64,000 nucleotides of DNA from Rhina ancylostomus (lineage: Eukaryota): positions 69,451,121 through 69,515,120 of the forward strand of contig JARFYF010000104.1 of the NCBI GenBank assembly GCA_030265395.1, given 5' to 3'. Each line of letters opens with the position of its first letter. The stretch's first letter is position 1. A program made the translations under genes and the position numbers. Under the pieces are notes generated by a model, which saw nothing but the letters and a program-made list of their open reading frames with translations, made no database searches and had not been told where the DNA came from. This document shows, one piece after another, positions 41,813-54,031 of this stretch.

Positions 41813-41915
41813 GCTTATGAGCAGAGCGTAACTGGAAAACAAATTGCATTGGGGCTAGATCATCCATGAACTTGTGAGTTATGCATTTTGGTGTCATTCA
41901 CTTGTTTATTTTTCA
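41813..41915 (+). repeat. 103-bp direct repeat, copy 1
   Basis: Matches 45522-45624 at 99 of 103 positions by eye. Confidence 0.95.
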
Positions 41916-42499
41916 GTACACCCACCTCTCGCAAGTAATTTATTCTCAATTTAATGTGAGTCTGTGACTGTGTGACAAATGCTTTGTGTATTGCTACCAC
42001 AGATTCAGGTTGATATAGTGTGCTTATATTGTATGGAACTGAAGGCCAGATGAAGTTCAGTTGTGAAGAATGATCAACTGGGATAAATCGTTAGAATTTA
42101 ACACTGGAAAGAAAACCAAACAAAAGTATTTATGATAGCTATAGAGACACAAAATTCAATAGCCCCTCAAAACGGGTAAGTGGCTTGGAACTCACAATTA
42201 GCCCACTTCTAAATGACATCTCACAAGTGGTTGAATTGGTGAATACATCTTCAGCCTTAGACACTTCACTCACCTACTGACAGCCTCAATCAGGACACAT
42301 GCCTAACATTTATCTGCTCTACCAGACCTCATGTGCCTCACACTGATACAAACCTTGCTCCCCCACCTCACAGCTTATATGCACTCTCAGCTATTCAGGC
42401 TTGATAGCCATTTCATCCTGAACAGATTGTATGTTACTATTGGCACTCTTCCCTCTCTACAAGAGTGACGAACAACTCGACAGGAAAGTATTTGAAAAA

Positions 42500-42665
42500 A
42501 AAACTGCAGCTGCTAGAAATCTAAAATAAAAACAGAAAATACTGGAAATACTCAGCAGGTCAGGCCGCACCTATGGGAAGAGAAAGAGAGTTAACAGGTC
42601 AGATGTCTTCCCACAAATGTGGACGAAACCTGCTGAGTATTTCCAGCTTTTCCTGTTTTTATTCA
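42500..42665. repeat. Fold-back Penelope-terminus-like repeat
   Basis: Arms aataaaaacagaaaatactggaaatactcagcaggt and acctgctgagtatttccagcttttcctgtttttatt. Confidence 0.8.
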
Positions 42666-42914
42666 AGGCTGAGAGGAATGCATTCAAGCCTGAATATCCT
42701 ACTCCCCAGGGAGAAGACACTGCCGGTCATTATTGAGAAGGCTAATGTTGTGAGCATGGAAGACAGTGAAGCTGAAACTATTGAAGGTAAATCTATTTTT
42801 TTTCTCTTCTCTGTCTTGTATAATTGATGAAAAATTCATATATAATTTACATTCTGTGTGTTGTCTGTACCTACATGCCTGTAATGCTGCTGCAAGCAAG
42901 TTTTTCAAGCAAGT

Positions 42915-43205
42915 CCACAGTAGTGTAGTGGGTAGCGGAACACTTTACAGCACCAATGACCCAGGTACAATTCCTGCCGCTGTCTGTAAGGAGTTTGTAC
43001 GTTCTCCCTGTGTCTGCGTGGGTTTCCTCCGGGTGCTCCGGTTTCCTCCCACATTCCAAAGACGTACGGGTTAGGAAGTTGTGGGCGTGCTATGTTGGTG
43101 TCAGAAGTGTGGCGACACTTGCGGGCTGCCCCCAGAACACTCTACACGAAAAATATGTATTTCACTGTGTGTTTCAATGTACATGTGACTAATAAACATA
43201 TCTTA
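42915..43205 (+). mobile_element. tRNA-derived V-domain SINE, full length
   Basis: A-box tagtgtagtggg, B-box ggtacaattcc, and V core ggagtttgtacgttctccctgtgtctgcgtgggtttcctccgggtgctccggtttcctcccacattccaaagac. Collinear with 52085-52395. Confidence 0.92.
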
Positions 43206-44204
43206 AAGGTTTAAAGGGATATAGGATTATCTTAAATATGCATCTCTTGGTCGGCATGGATGAGTTGGACTGAAGGCCCTGTTTCCATGACTCTGTTGAC
43301 TGTCAATGATTTATAAGCACAGGCATCCACGCATGTCAGAACACCAACACATTCCACCATTTAGAAACTATTCCACCCTTTCAATTTTTGTACCAATGTG
43401 GAAGAGATTGTATAATCGCTTCATGAACAATGAAGTGGTTACTGATGCAGGGAGCTCGAACCCTCACCTGCACATTCACGCCGAATCCCACACACTCTGC
43501 AACAGAGTTTGCTTTGCATTGGTGAAAGTGCATGGGGCCTTTGCCTGACAAATTCACACCCCGAGTTCAAATCGGAGCTGTGCTATTAGTTCCAATCAAA
43601 ACACAGTCAACCCCGCCCACCCCCAGCCCAGAGATGCATACAATTCATTGCAATATCCAGCACAGTGCACCAGACAACAACCCCATGCAGATTCTTCATG
43701 CATGGAAGGTGTCCTTAAAGCAATGCAAGGAATATGTCGCCAAACAAGGCTGGCTTTCTATGTCTATTATATGCTTGCAAATCTCATCAAGCCTTTGAAG
43801 CAGTTAATTCATTAAGACCTGAAGCGTGTACAACAGGCAATTTTTTTTTCTACTTTTGTTTCCCAAGGGGTTGGTACTGCTGTTGTGTTTTGTTGTCAGC
43901 CCCGCAGAGCGGAGGCTTATTTACAGAAGGCGAACCCCGCAATGCATCCTACGGATCAGATACCACAGAGAGTCCTGCTTCAGGAACACACACACACACA
44001 CACATTGCACGTCGCAGGCATACCAGCCTGCTGTAAGGTGATCGGCAGCTGTGGCAGGCTCCCACCACAATCCGGCCTGGATCGGAGCGGAATGGATTCA
44101 CAGGCTTCTTGCACAGAGCAAGGGAAATATATTTACATACATAAGCAGCCACATACGCTGGGGGGAAATGTGCAGATGTAGCTACAAAGACACCCACTGG
44201 GACT

Positions 44205-44207
<3 letters not shown>

Positions 44208-44249
<42 letters not shown>

Positions 44250-44250
44250 A
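44208..44250. repeat. (CA)n microsatellite
   Basis: Seen directly; a shorter (CA)n is at 43986-44004. Confidence 0.95.
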
Positions 44251-44379
44251 TGCAACTATACTCACAGACAAGCATATGCTAAGAGAGACAGGCAAACAAA
44301 AGCACAGGCTGAATTTCCAATGCAGTGCAGTCAGAGAACTTCACTGTCCACAGTGCCAGCTTTCAGATGAGATAATAAA

Positions 44380-44510
44380 CCAAGGCCTGATGAAGGGTCT
44401 CTGCCCGAAATGTCGACTGTTGATTTCCCTCCATAGGTGCCGCCTGACCCACTGTGTTGCTCCAGAACTTTGTGTCCGTTGCTCCAGACTGCGGAACCTC
44501 TTGTGCCCTC
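44380..44510 (+). ncRNA. Minimal type I hammerhead-ribozyme-like motif in a Penelope-type terminal repeat
   Basis: CTGATGA (44387-44393), a-GGG-tctctg-CCC, GAAA (44407-44410), t-GTC, gactg. Helix I is imperfect in this copy. Confidence 0.6.
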
Positions 44511-44654
44511 TCTTCTGCCGTTTTCAGTGGATGTGGGAGGTCTCACAGGGAGTTCTGATGAAGGGTTCTGGACATTCCCAACAAAAAAAATTGCCTGAGT
44601 TGTACACGCTTCACCTGTAACATAACCTCTGTTTTTCCCTCTCCACTTATACTG

Positions 44655-44956
44655 AATTGGTAAACTTTTTTTATTGTCACATGTACAGAGGTACAGTGAA
44701 AAACTTGTCCACACTGAACATTTCATTACAACAGTGCATTGAGGTAGTACAAGGGAAAAATAATAACAGAATGCAGAATAAAGTGTTACAGCTGCAGAGA
44801 GAGTGCAGTGCAGGCAGACAATAAGGTGCAAGGTCATAATGAGGTAGATTGTGAGCTCAATCTTATTGTACTACAGGACCATTCAATAGTTTTATAACAG
44901 TGGGATAGAAGCTGTCCTTGAGCCTGGTGGTACGTGCTTTCAGGCTTTTGTATCTT
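44655..44956 (-). mobile_element. Rex1/Babar-like LINE 3' end
   Basis: Reverse complement of the element at 1-316. Confidence 0.88.
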
Positions 44957-45521
44957 NNNNNNNNNNNNNNNNNNNNNNNNNNNNNNNNNNNNNNNNNNNN
45001 NNNNNNNNNNNNNNNNNNNNNNNNNNNNNNNNNNNNNNNNNNNNNNNNNNNNNNNNAAGCAAGTTTTTCATTATATCCTGTACCTCACTGTACTTGCGCA
45101 CATGACAATAAACTGGATTTGATGATCTTCAGCCCGAATCATCCTCTTTCCATTTCACTTCCCAATCAACCCACAACCCTTTCTGATTTAAAAGCTGCAG
45201 ATGAAGAAAGCAGCACCTCTTACTCCCCCACCTTCATCTGAATCAGACTCTTACCCACATGCCTTTCTCGGTAGCCATGTCCAAAAACAGAACACAGCTA
45301 GTCAGTGCGTGCACAGAAAGAAGATGGTGATGAACCCAATTTTACACTCCCAACCAACAGTTCGTATATAGAAATTGTGAGAAATTGGGATTTGGTGCGG
45401 CATCTGCATGAGAGGAGACACTAGGCATGGGTAGAAAAAATAGGGTTCTACAGCTAAGGTCTTGGCAAGTTCAGGGCAAGTACCAACTCATGGGAGAGCG
45501 AGGTCCCGCATGAGTTCTGCT

Positions 45522-45624
45522 GCTTATGAGCAGAGCGTACCTGGAAAACAAATTGCATTGGGGCTAGATCATCCATGAACTTGTGAGTTATGCATTTTGG
45601 TGTCATTACATTGTTTATTTTTCA
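45522..45624 (+). repeat. 103-bp direct repeat, copy 2
   Basis: Matches 41813-41915. Confidence 0.95.
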
Positions 45625-46865
45625 ATCCAGCCACTTTAAGGACTTTGGCGCAGGCTATGGAAGTAGGCTGATAATCAGTAAACTGCAGATGCTGGAAGTT
45701 TGAAAGAGAAACAGAAAATGCTAAAAACACTCAGCATGTCAGGCAGCATCTGCTAAAGGAGAAACAGTTAACAGTCCACAGACTGCCACAGCTATCTCAA
45801 CTACACTTCTTCCCCTCCTGGCTCCTGTAAGGATTCCATTGATGAATAAGGCTGTTGGCTTTGTACCATGAAATTTCTGGTGCATTGGGAAGCCTACTAG
45901 TACTAATATGTTCAATGTCAAGGAGCTTGGAGTCTGCCACCATGTTAAGAACCTTTCCAGGCCCTTTTCTGTCCAGAGTGGAAGTTGAGTCCTTCTCTGC
46001 TTGCATGGTTCAATATCTAGATCCAGCATCCAATGACTGATTTAATGGCTTCCGAAGCTGCTGAATTCTGACTAGAGAGAATGAAATCTGATCAGGTCTC
46101 TTTGACTGGTCATCATTGATGACTGCCCACAGAATACACGGGACGGGAAAGTGCAAGATATTAGAGCTATCTTCAGCTGCGGCCTGGAAAGAGCCAGATG
46201 CCTAAAGTTTTATTGCCACAGTCAGCTTGGCACCCACCAGTGATGCAGTTCTTGCTCTGACCTCAAGTGCAGCAGGTGGCAGATTTCATTGAGTGTTTCC
46301 TTATGGAAGCAAACATCTCACACAGTAAGAATTGTTCTGTGATGAACCTTGGTAGAAATGGGCCTCCCTGAGAACCCTTCCTCCTCTCCTTCTCACCCTT
46401 CTTCTTTCAGCTTCTGTACTGCACACCCACTAATTATTCTCTCAGTTATTCTGTATTGCAAGAGGAAGGCCCACTTATCTGGGAGTAACTGGCTTGTGCA
46501 GATGCTTTGGAATCAGGATGTTGGACATCAGGGTGCCCAACCATCTGCTGTAGGCTTTAGCAACTTTAAAGAGCTCTATAAAGCACCAGAAATTTGTACA
46601 ATTTAGTTACAATGAGAATAAGTCAACCAGTAACTAACAGCTGATGATACCTTTAATAAAGGATGGTGGGGGTCCTCTCTGCTGTGAGCACAAGCTCAGC
46701 CAGGTTAAGAACAGGTGTCAGCTGGAGGACTAAGCCTCAAAATGGCAAGTTAGCTTTTCTGTTTGATGCCATGATCCTTCTGCTCTACATATATCTGGGG
46801 AACTTTCATCCTCCAACACCTTCACCAATGTGATAATACCACCAATGCACATACATAGCACATAC

Positions 46866-47306
46866 TGTCATGGTTCTGAGTACTAGCCCTTGATTTGGCT
46901 CCTTAGATGCCTTGTTGTACAGCACATGGATTCAATGCTGGACTGATTGTATAATGACACACACCTGAGCCCCATCAGGGGCCTAGCATAAGTACCTGGG
47001 TTTCTCTAGCANNNNNNNNNNNNNNNNNNNNNNNNNNNNNNNNNNNNNNNNNNNNNNNNNNNNNNNNNNNNNNNNNNNNNNNNNNNNNNNNNNNNNNNNN
47101 NNNNNNNNNNNGTCCTGTGTTCTCTATTCCTGTTTGAAGATTCAGTTTGTGTTGGGATTCCTACTCGGACCTCTGAGGCAAGAGTCCTTCCAGTTGCTGT
47201 CAGTGTTTGGTCTTGAGGAAGTATCCTGACTCCAGGACTCCAGTCCTGTACCAGTGTGCTGCATTTGGGTTCTCTGTGAGCTTGCTCTTTGCTCAACATT
47301 GTGACA
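46866..47306 (+). mobile_element. Solo LTR, family B, spanning a gap
   Basis: Termini TGTCA...TGACA with a 5-bp TSD catac at 46861-46865 and 47307-47311; three partial sister copies in the window. Confidence 0.88.
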
Positions 47307-48204
47307 CATACATCATTTTGGATTACCAATAGAACACTTCATACTCAAAACAAGTGCTACCATCGCCCATTTCTGAATATCTAATAGGGATCTGTCTCAG
47401 AAATTATTCAACAAATATCTAGCATGAAATCTCAACCTACTTGGTAAAGTCAGTGGATTTCCTTCCTGAAAGAACTTTATTGTATCAGTGAATTTTACTG
47501 ATGTTAGCCCTTTTAAAACATCTCCAAATTATTTTTAATTATTTGCACCTAAATTATACAGCTACCTTGGTGATGTTTGAAGTCATGTCAGCAAGTTCAG
47601 ATCCTGAATTGTTAGTTCAGTGATTTAATTCTTATGCTGCCATAGTCCTTGTCAGCAAAAGGCAACTTAAATGAAATGCCATGACAATCTTTCTTTTGAA
47701 AATGTATTTTTAATATGAATCAGATATTTGAAATTTACACACATTCTCAAATATGCTTCTTGAAAGAAAAAATATAGCAATGAAGTAGTCTATAGAATGG
47801 TTTTGGGACAACATGCCATCTTCATTTTTTTCATATTTCATTATGTCATAGAAGGAGCTACTCAGCCTGTGAGGTCTATACTGGCAACCCCATTTTTCCA
47901 TAACTTTATTCTCTCTCACGTGTCTATTAACTCTCTCCTGATTCTCCTACCATCTATCTACAGTAGGGGAAATTAACAATAGCTCCATAATCTACCAACC
48001 AGCAGAAATTCAGGACATGCAAACTGCACTCAGTCAGCACTGGAGGTTAAGATCAAACTGAGATCACTGGAGCTGTGAGGCAGCAACACCACCATCTGTA
48101 CCACTCTGCTGCTGACTCAACAATATTGCCTTGTCCACATACCAACTCATTGGTTCAGTATCAATGCAAACTGATTAGGTCATGAGAAAATGAAATAATT
48201 TTTA

Positions 48205-48447
48205 AAAAATTTTATTTACAGCGTGGTAACAGGCCCTTCGGCCCAACGAGTCCGCACCACCCATTTTAAACCCCAAATTGACCTACCCATATGTCTTTAG
48301 AATGTGGGGGAAAACTAGAGCACCCGGAGGAAACCCACACAGACACGGGAGAATGTACAAGCTCCTTACAGACAGCAACAGGAATTGAACCCCGATCGCT
48401 GGCGTTGTAATAGCGTTGCGTTAACCGCTACGCTACCGTGCCGCCCT
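48205..48447 (-). mobile_element. V-domain SINE, young copy with a different tail
   Basis: Antisense head gggcggcacggtagcgtagcggttaacgcaacgc with CpGs retained, B-box ggttcaattcc and V core. Confidence 0.9.
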
Positions 48448-49479
48448 AAAATACTACATTTCCAACATTTAATAATTATATTAGTAATTCTGATATTCTG
48501 AAAATATTACTGAAGGTTTAGCTGTTCATAGACTAGAGTCAACATATATCTTAAGCAAGTGTTCTTCTCATTAAAATACTATGAAGGAACGCATAATTAG
48601 GCACTGCTTTTCATGCTGACCCAAATAGGTTTGCAGCCAATGATGTTTGTTTTTGAAGCGCAGTCATTATTATGTACCAGGAAGTAATCCTGTTTTCTTA
48701 ATCAGTATTAAACAGTGAATGAGTTCTCCATGACAGAGGGACAGAGTATCTGGCAAAACTTTAGGTTTGAAGAGCTAATATAGACATATTAAAGAGAGAT
48801 TACTGAGAGAAAGACATATTACTGAGAGAAAGAATTGTGGTTTAAACCACATGGCCAGGAAAGGGGAAGAATCATTCCCTTCACTGAATTTGTATTGCTC
48901 AATGGAATTCAGCAAAATGTGACTGAGGTTTTAAATCCTCTAAAGATTATAATCAGCTGGTGGAGGTCCAGCCACTGTGACAAATGAGGAGAACATCAGC
49001 AAAACCAGGAAGGAAGTCCTTCATCCTTCACAGTTTTGCAATGGTATCCAGCATTTTTCCATGTCAGTTTTAATGAAATAACGTTGGTAGCATTTTCATC
49101 TCAGAAGTTGCAGTTTTAAAGCAAACACCTAATTAGCTCTTGAAAATACTTCAGCCTCATTTGCATAATCCTGAAGGTTTGTCATTAGCACACCTTTGAC
49201 GTATCAAGAGAACTTTTATTATGATCCTTCTATACAGAAATATTGGCACATTAAAAAGCTTCCAACAATAGTTGCAAGCATATTGTCAAAATTGTATATT
49301 GTTCAGCAAGGTGATCTCTCTAATTCCAATACTTCTCGAATACTTTACTAATTGCAATACAAAGGGATGCATCATAAAATGGACTCCTGACATTGAGTCA
49401 AAAGTGGAAACCCTTAATCTTACATAGTAAAGGCATTCTTCAGCAACCACCCAAAATGTGAATGAAAACAATGATGCCT

Positions 49480-50650
49480 CTGTGAAGTTAGGAAGACAAA
49501 TGGTATCTTGGCCTTCATTGCAAGGGGTTTTGAGTACAGGAGCTAAGATGCCTTGTTACAATTATGTAGGGCCTTGGTGAGACCACACTTGGAATATTGG
49601 GTGCAATTTTGGTCTGACCACCTAAGAAAAGATATATTTGTCATAAAGTGAATGCAACAAAGGTTCACGAGGTTAATTTGTGGGATGGCAGAATTGTTAT
49701 ATGAGGAATGTAAACTAGATCTGTATTCTCTGTTGTATAGAAAAATGAGAGGAGATATCCAGAAGTTATACAGCACAGAAACAGACCCCTTGGCCTGACT
49801 CATCCATGCCAACCGAGCTGCCTTCTTGAGCTATTTGGGATATTTGCCTGCATTTGGCTCATATAGCTCTAAACCCTTCCAATCCGTGAGCCTGTCCAAA
49901 TGTCTTTTAAGTGTTGTAATTATACCCATCTCTACCACTTCCTCTGGCAGCTTATTCCATATACCCACCACTACCGTATGAAAAACTTGAATCTCAGGAC
50001 CCCTTTAAATCTTTCCCTTCTTGCTTTAAACCTATGACCTCTAGTTTTAGTCTCTGCTATCCTGGGAAAAAGACTGTGTCAATTCATCTAATCTCCTCAT
50101 GATCCTACATGATGTTAATCACCCCTCGGCCTCCTTCACTCCAGGGGAAACAGTCCCTGCCTACCAGTCTTTTCTCATAACTCAAGCTCTCCAGTCCCAG
50201 CAACGCCCTTGTGGATCTTTACTGCACCCTCTCTCGTTTAATCACATCCTTCTTACAGAATGGTGACCAGAGCTGCACACAATATTCCCAGTGTGGTCTC
50301 ACCAACATCCATTGAAAATTCTGACGAGGTTCTGAGTGCTTAAACCTAGTGGGATATTTCCCCTGGCTGGAAGGGTCTCAAGTCGGTGGTCACACTCTCA
50401 CAATTAGGGCTCAGATATTTAGGATTGAGATAAGAAATTTCTTTGTTCAGAGAATGAGGAACATGTACAATTCTCTGTGACAGAGGACAGTGGAGACCAA
50501 GTCATTGATTATCTTTGAGAGGGAGATAAATACAATCCTAGACACAAAAGGCATCAAAGATATTGAGGAGAGAGCAGAAATATGATATTGAAATGGTGGA
50601 GCAAGCTCCAAAGGCCAAATGACCTATTTGTGCTCCTATTTTTCTACATT
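49480..50650 (+). mobile_element. CR1-like LINE 3' fragment interrupted by a nested antisense CR1-like insertion
   Basis: Host reads LQLCRALVRPHLEYWVQFWS, breaks at about 49761 and resumes at 50307. Confidence 0.85.
49762..50306 (-). mobile_element. Nested CR1-like LINE 3' fragment
   Basis: Antisense from [15 protein letters not shown] to the tail; flanked by atcca at 49757-49761 and 50307-50311 (possible TSD). Confidence 0.85.
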
Positions 50651-51799
50651 TCAATGCTATTAGCTTGGGTTTGAGATGGAGCGTCACACATGAACTTATG
50701 GAATGACAGAAGTGGCCTGAGAGATGACAAGGCCCACTCCTGTTCAACTAGTATAAGAGTTAGGGAGTCATAAAATCTGGTTCTGGATTACATTTAGCCT
50801 CTGTTCATATTGCACAGCATGGCCATGTTGTCTGCACTGCAGAAACTGAGCCCCAGTTTGATATAATTTAGGAAAGAGGAACAAAAACAGAGGGAAAAGA
50901 ATTTTTAAATGTTTGAACATGACAAGAAATTATTGCATTGATTTAAAAGAAATAACATTTTTAATTGCCACATTTAAAGACCAGTATTACAGGAGATACA
51001 TGTAGCAGACTTATGTATCATAGTTCAGGGGGAAAATGAGTTTAATGCTTTGGATTAACAACGATTGCAATGCACAGTATAATGCCAATATAAAAGATTA
51101 TATATATGTAGGTCACAAAAATGTACAATAATTTAATGTCTATCCACTTAAAATTGCACTAGTCATATTAAAAATGCTAACTTACTTCCAGGAATTGCTA
51201 CGTAACTTTTGAATTTCACAGTAGAATTTAAAAGCTTAAAATGAATTAACATGAATCGTCTAAGCCAGTACTAACCATACTGGGTGACATTCCCTCCCTT
51301 CCACACAGGCAGATGCTGTTAAGATTAGACCAGATTACTGGAGAGCATGAATAACAGGTAGGATGAATGGGTATATTTGAAGTTCTCAGTTCCATTATAC
51401 CCAGCTTTAAAGATGGTATCTGGCTCTTTTCTCTATAGCCTTTGCTGAATTGAGGGCTCAATAAATCAGATTGAATGCTGTTACGTTCCTGTTAGATGTT
51501 TGCTGATTATATTTTTCTCTGATGCCTGCTATCTCATCTTGATTCTGCAGTATGGAGGCTGTGATTACATGCTTGTTCTCTGTTGGAGATGAGTCCTATG
51601 TTCATTGCATACTTGCTGTAAAGCCAGAATGTGGAATAGATTTCCGCTGCTACTGATGTTCTTTCACTTCTGTGAGACAGTGCCACGACATAATAGAAAG
51701 CAGACAGTAAATAGCAGGAGATGGTGGAAACACTCAGTAAGTCAGGCAGAGAGAACAGATAAATGTTTTAGATGTGCAGCTGTGCAATTGTGCAGATGC

Positions 51800-52080
51800 T
51801 GGCTGTGTAGTGGTTAAATTACTGGACAAGCAGTCAAGGTTCTGAGTTCTCCAGAAATGTGTATTCTTAATTCCACCACAGTAAATGGGGAATTAAAATA
51901 CAAGCAAATAAATAAATCAGGATTGCTTTTAAAAATAGCTGGTCTCAGTAAAGATAACAATAAACTATCAGATTGTCCTAACAAGACACATAAAAAATTC
52001 ACTGATGTTCCTCTGAGAAAGGAATCTACAGTCGTTATCCTGTCTGGGCAAACTGTGACTCCAAACATGCCATACCTGGG
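51800..52080 (+). mobile_element. tRNA-derived SINE, degenerate
   Basis: Collinear with 39935-40345. Confidence 0.6.
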
Positions 52081-52084
52081 TAAT

Positions 52085-52395
52085 GGGCAGGCACGGTAGT
52101 GTAGCGGTTAGCGTAACACTACTACAATGCCAGCGACCTGGGTTCAATTCCGGCTGCTGTCTGTAAGGAGTTTGTACATTCTCCCCGTGACTGCATGGGT
52201 TTCCTCCGGGTGCTCTGGTTTCCTCTCACATTCCAAAGACATATGGATTAGGAAGTTGTGGGCATGCTATGTTGGTGCCGGAAGCATGGCGACACTTGTG
52301 GGCTACCCCCAGAACATTCTATGCAAAGATGCATTTCACCATGTGTTTCGATGCACATGTGACTAATAAAGATATCTTGTCTTATCTTATCTTAT
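52085..52395 (+). mobile_element. tRNA-derived V-domain SINE, full length
   Basis: Head ggcacggtagtgtagcggttagc, B-box ggttcaattcc, V core and (TCTTA)n tail. Confidence 0.92.
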
Positions 52396-53502
52396 GTACA
52401 GGTTCCATTTTTACAGGCATCCACAAGTCAATTTTGTCCATAAGTCAGAAAATAGACAAAAATCACTCCATATGGTAACAATATCTCAGTATTATTGTAA
52501 TAAATGGCATCTGAAGCACTTAAGACTCCTAAGAAAGAACAATGACTAAAAGTGCAGAGAGAGGGGAAACTAGTTCTGCTGTTCACAGAGTTGAACGTAT
52601 GTACGTATGCCGGACTTATGAATTTAATAATATTATGGGAGCTTGTTCATATTTAGGGTGTCTATAAGTCAAGTGTTCATAACCCAGGGACAGCCTACGT
52701 TGTGTTTCATAAAAAAGTAAAAAGTTTTAGGTGGCATATGTGAAAAGAGAAACAAGAGTTAAAATTTCGGGTCAAAGAGCTTTCATTTGAAAAGTCTGTG
52801 ACCTAGAATGTTTACACTGTTTCTCTTTCCCATTCAGTGTTTCCAGCATTTTCTGTTTTTGTTTCAGATTTCCAGCACTATTTTCAATCATTATTGTGTT
52901 TGATTCTTAACCGTCTCCTCAGTTCATGAAGAGGCAAAAAGTGCAGGCCTTGCCAGAGATGTCCTTATCCAATGAATAAATAAACTAAATAGAAGTGGCA
53001 CTTATTTCAGATGAACAGCATTTTAAAGCAATATGAACACAGAGGGTAAGGAAAAAATTAAAAGCACACAACCACAGAATGACCCGGAAAGTAATTAGGA
53101 GAACAGGGCATAGCTAAATGTTAGTAGGAAGCAAAATTAGCGAAGTTGACGATGTACAAGATACAGAGAGGGAGAGTTTAAATGTTGCACATTTGTGTAA
53201 AATGATTATGTAGCAGTGTGAAATGTATGCCAATCTCCCTTCTCCAGAAGATTATGAAATGGAACAGTCTCCATCAATGTTTTACCCTCATGATGGAGGT
53301 GAACTCCGAGAGAGGATAAAGAGAACCTCAAAAATTCCAGCAGGGAAGTTAGCATCATAGGAGCAGGAGTTAGCAGTGCTGGCTAACATTACTGATACCT
53401 GCGATGACACGTTTGAATTACCCCATACGGTGAAAGTTCAGGGCAGCTGTCATCTTTTCAGCAATTAGTAGTGCTGGAGGTTGAGAATGAACTGTGTTAT
53501 GG

Positions 53503-53632
53503 AGACACAAGAAAGTATAGGTGCTGGAATCTGGAGCAACAAACAATCTGCTGGAGGAACCCAGTGAGTCGAGCAGCATCTGTGGGGGGAAAAGGAACTG
53601 TTGACGTTTCAGGTTAAAACCCTGCATCAGTG
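53503..53632 (-). repeat. Penelope-terminus-like repeat with a hammerhead-like motif
   Basis: Minus strand reads CTGATG-c-A-gggttttaacct-GAAAC-GTC-aacag. Confidence 0.75.
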
Positions 53633-53936
53633 TCCTCTTGCAATTCTATTGTGATTTTCCACAATGAAAAATCGTGTCATCTGTGCATTCCTCAAAAAAC
53701 ACAAGTTGAAATAAAATTTGTGTTTCTTTACATACTTTTCTTCATAAAAATTCCGTGGGAGCGAATTTTATTCCATTAACTCAAATCTTTGGGTAGTGAT
53801 TTGTGAGTTCTTTAAGGGCGAAGTTCTGTTAGCTGAATGGCTGTGACATGGGGGTCACCGGCACAGGAGATCATTTTGTAGATCAGTCTCATTCTTTGAA
53901 CAACAAAATGGAAGAGTTATTCATAACAGCCTGAAT

Positions 53937-54031
53937 TGTGTGTGTGTGTGTGTGCGTGCGTGCGTGAGTGTGTGCGTGCGTGCGTGCGTGAGTGTGTGTG
54001 TGCGTGCGTGCGTGCGTGTGTGTGTGTGTGT
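53937..54031. repeat. (TG)n/(TGCG)n compound microsatellite
   Basis: Seen directly. Confidence 0.95.

Noticed and set aside
42915-42985. tRNA genes at SINE heads (also 48380-48447 and 52085-52155)
   Set aside because: A and B boxes run straight into the V-domain SINE body, with no complete cloverleaf or terminator.
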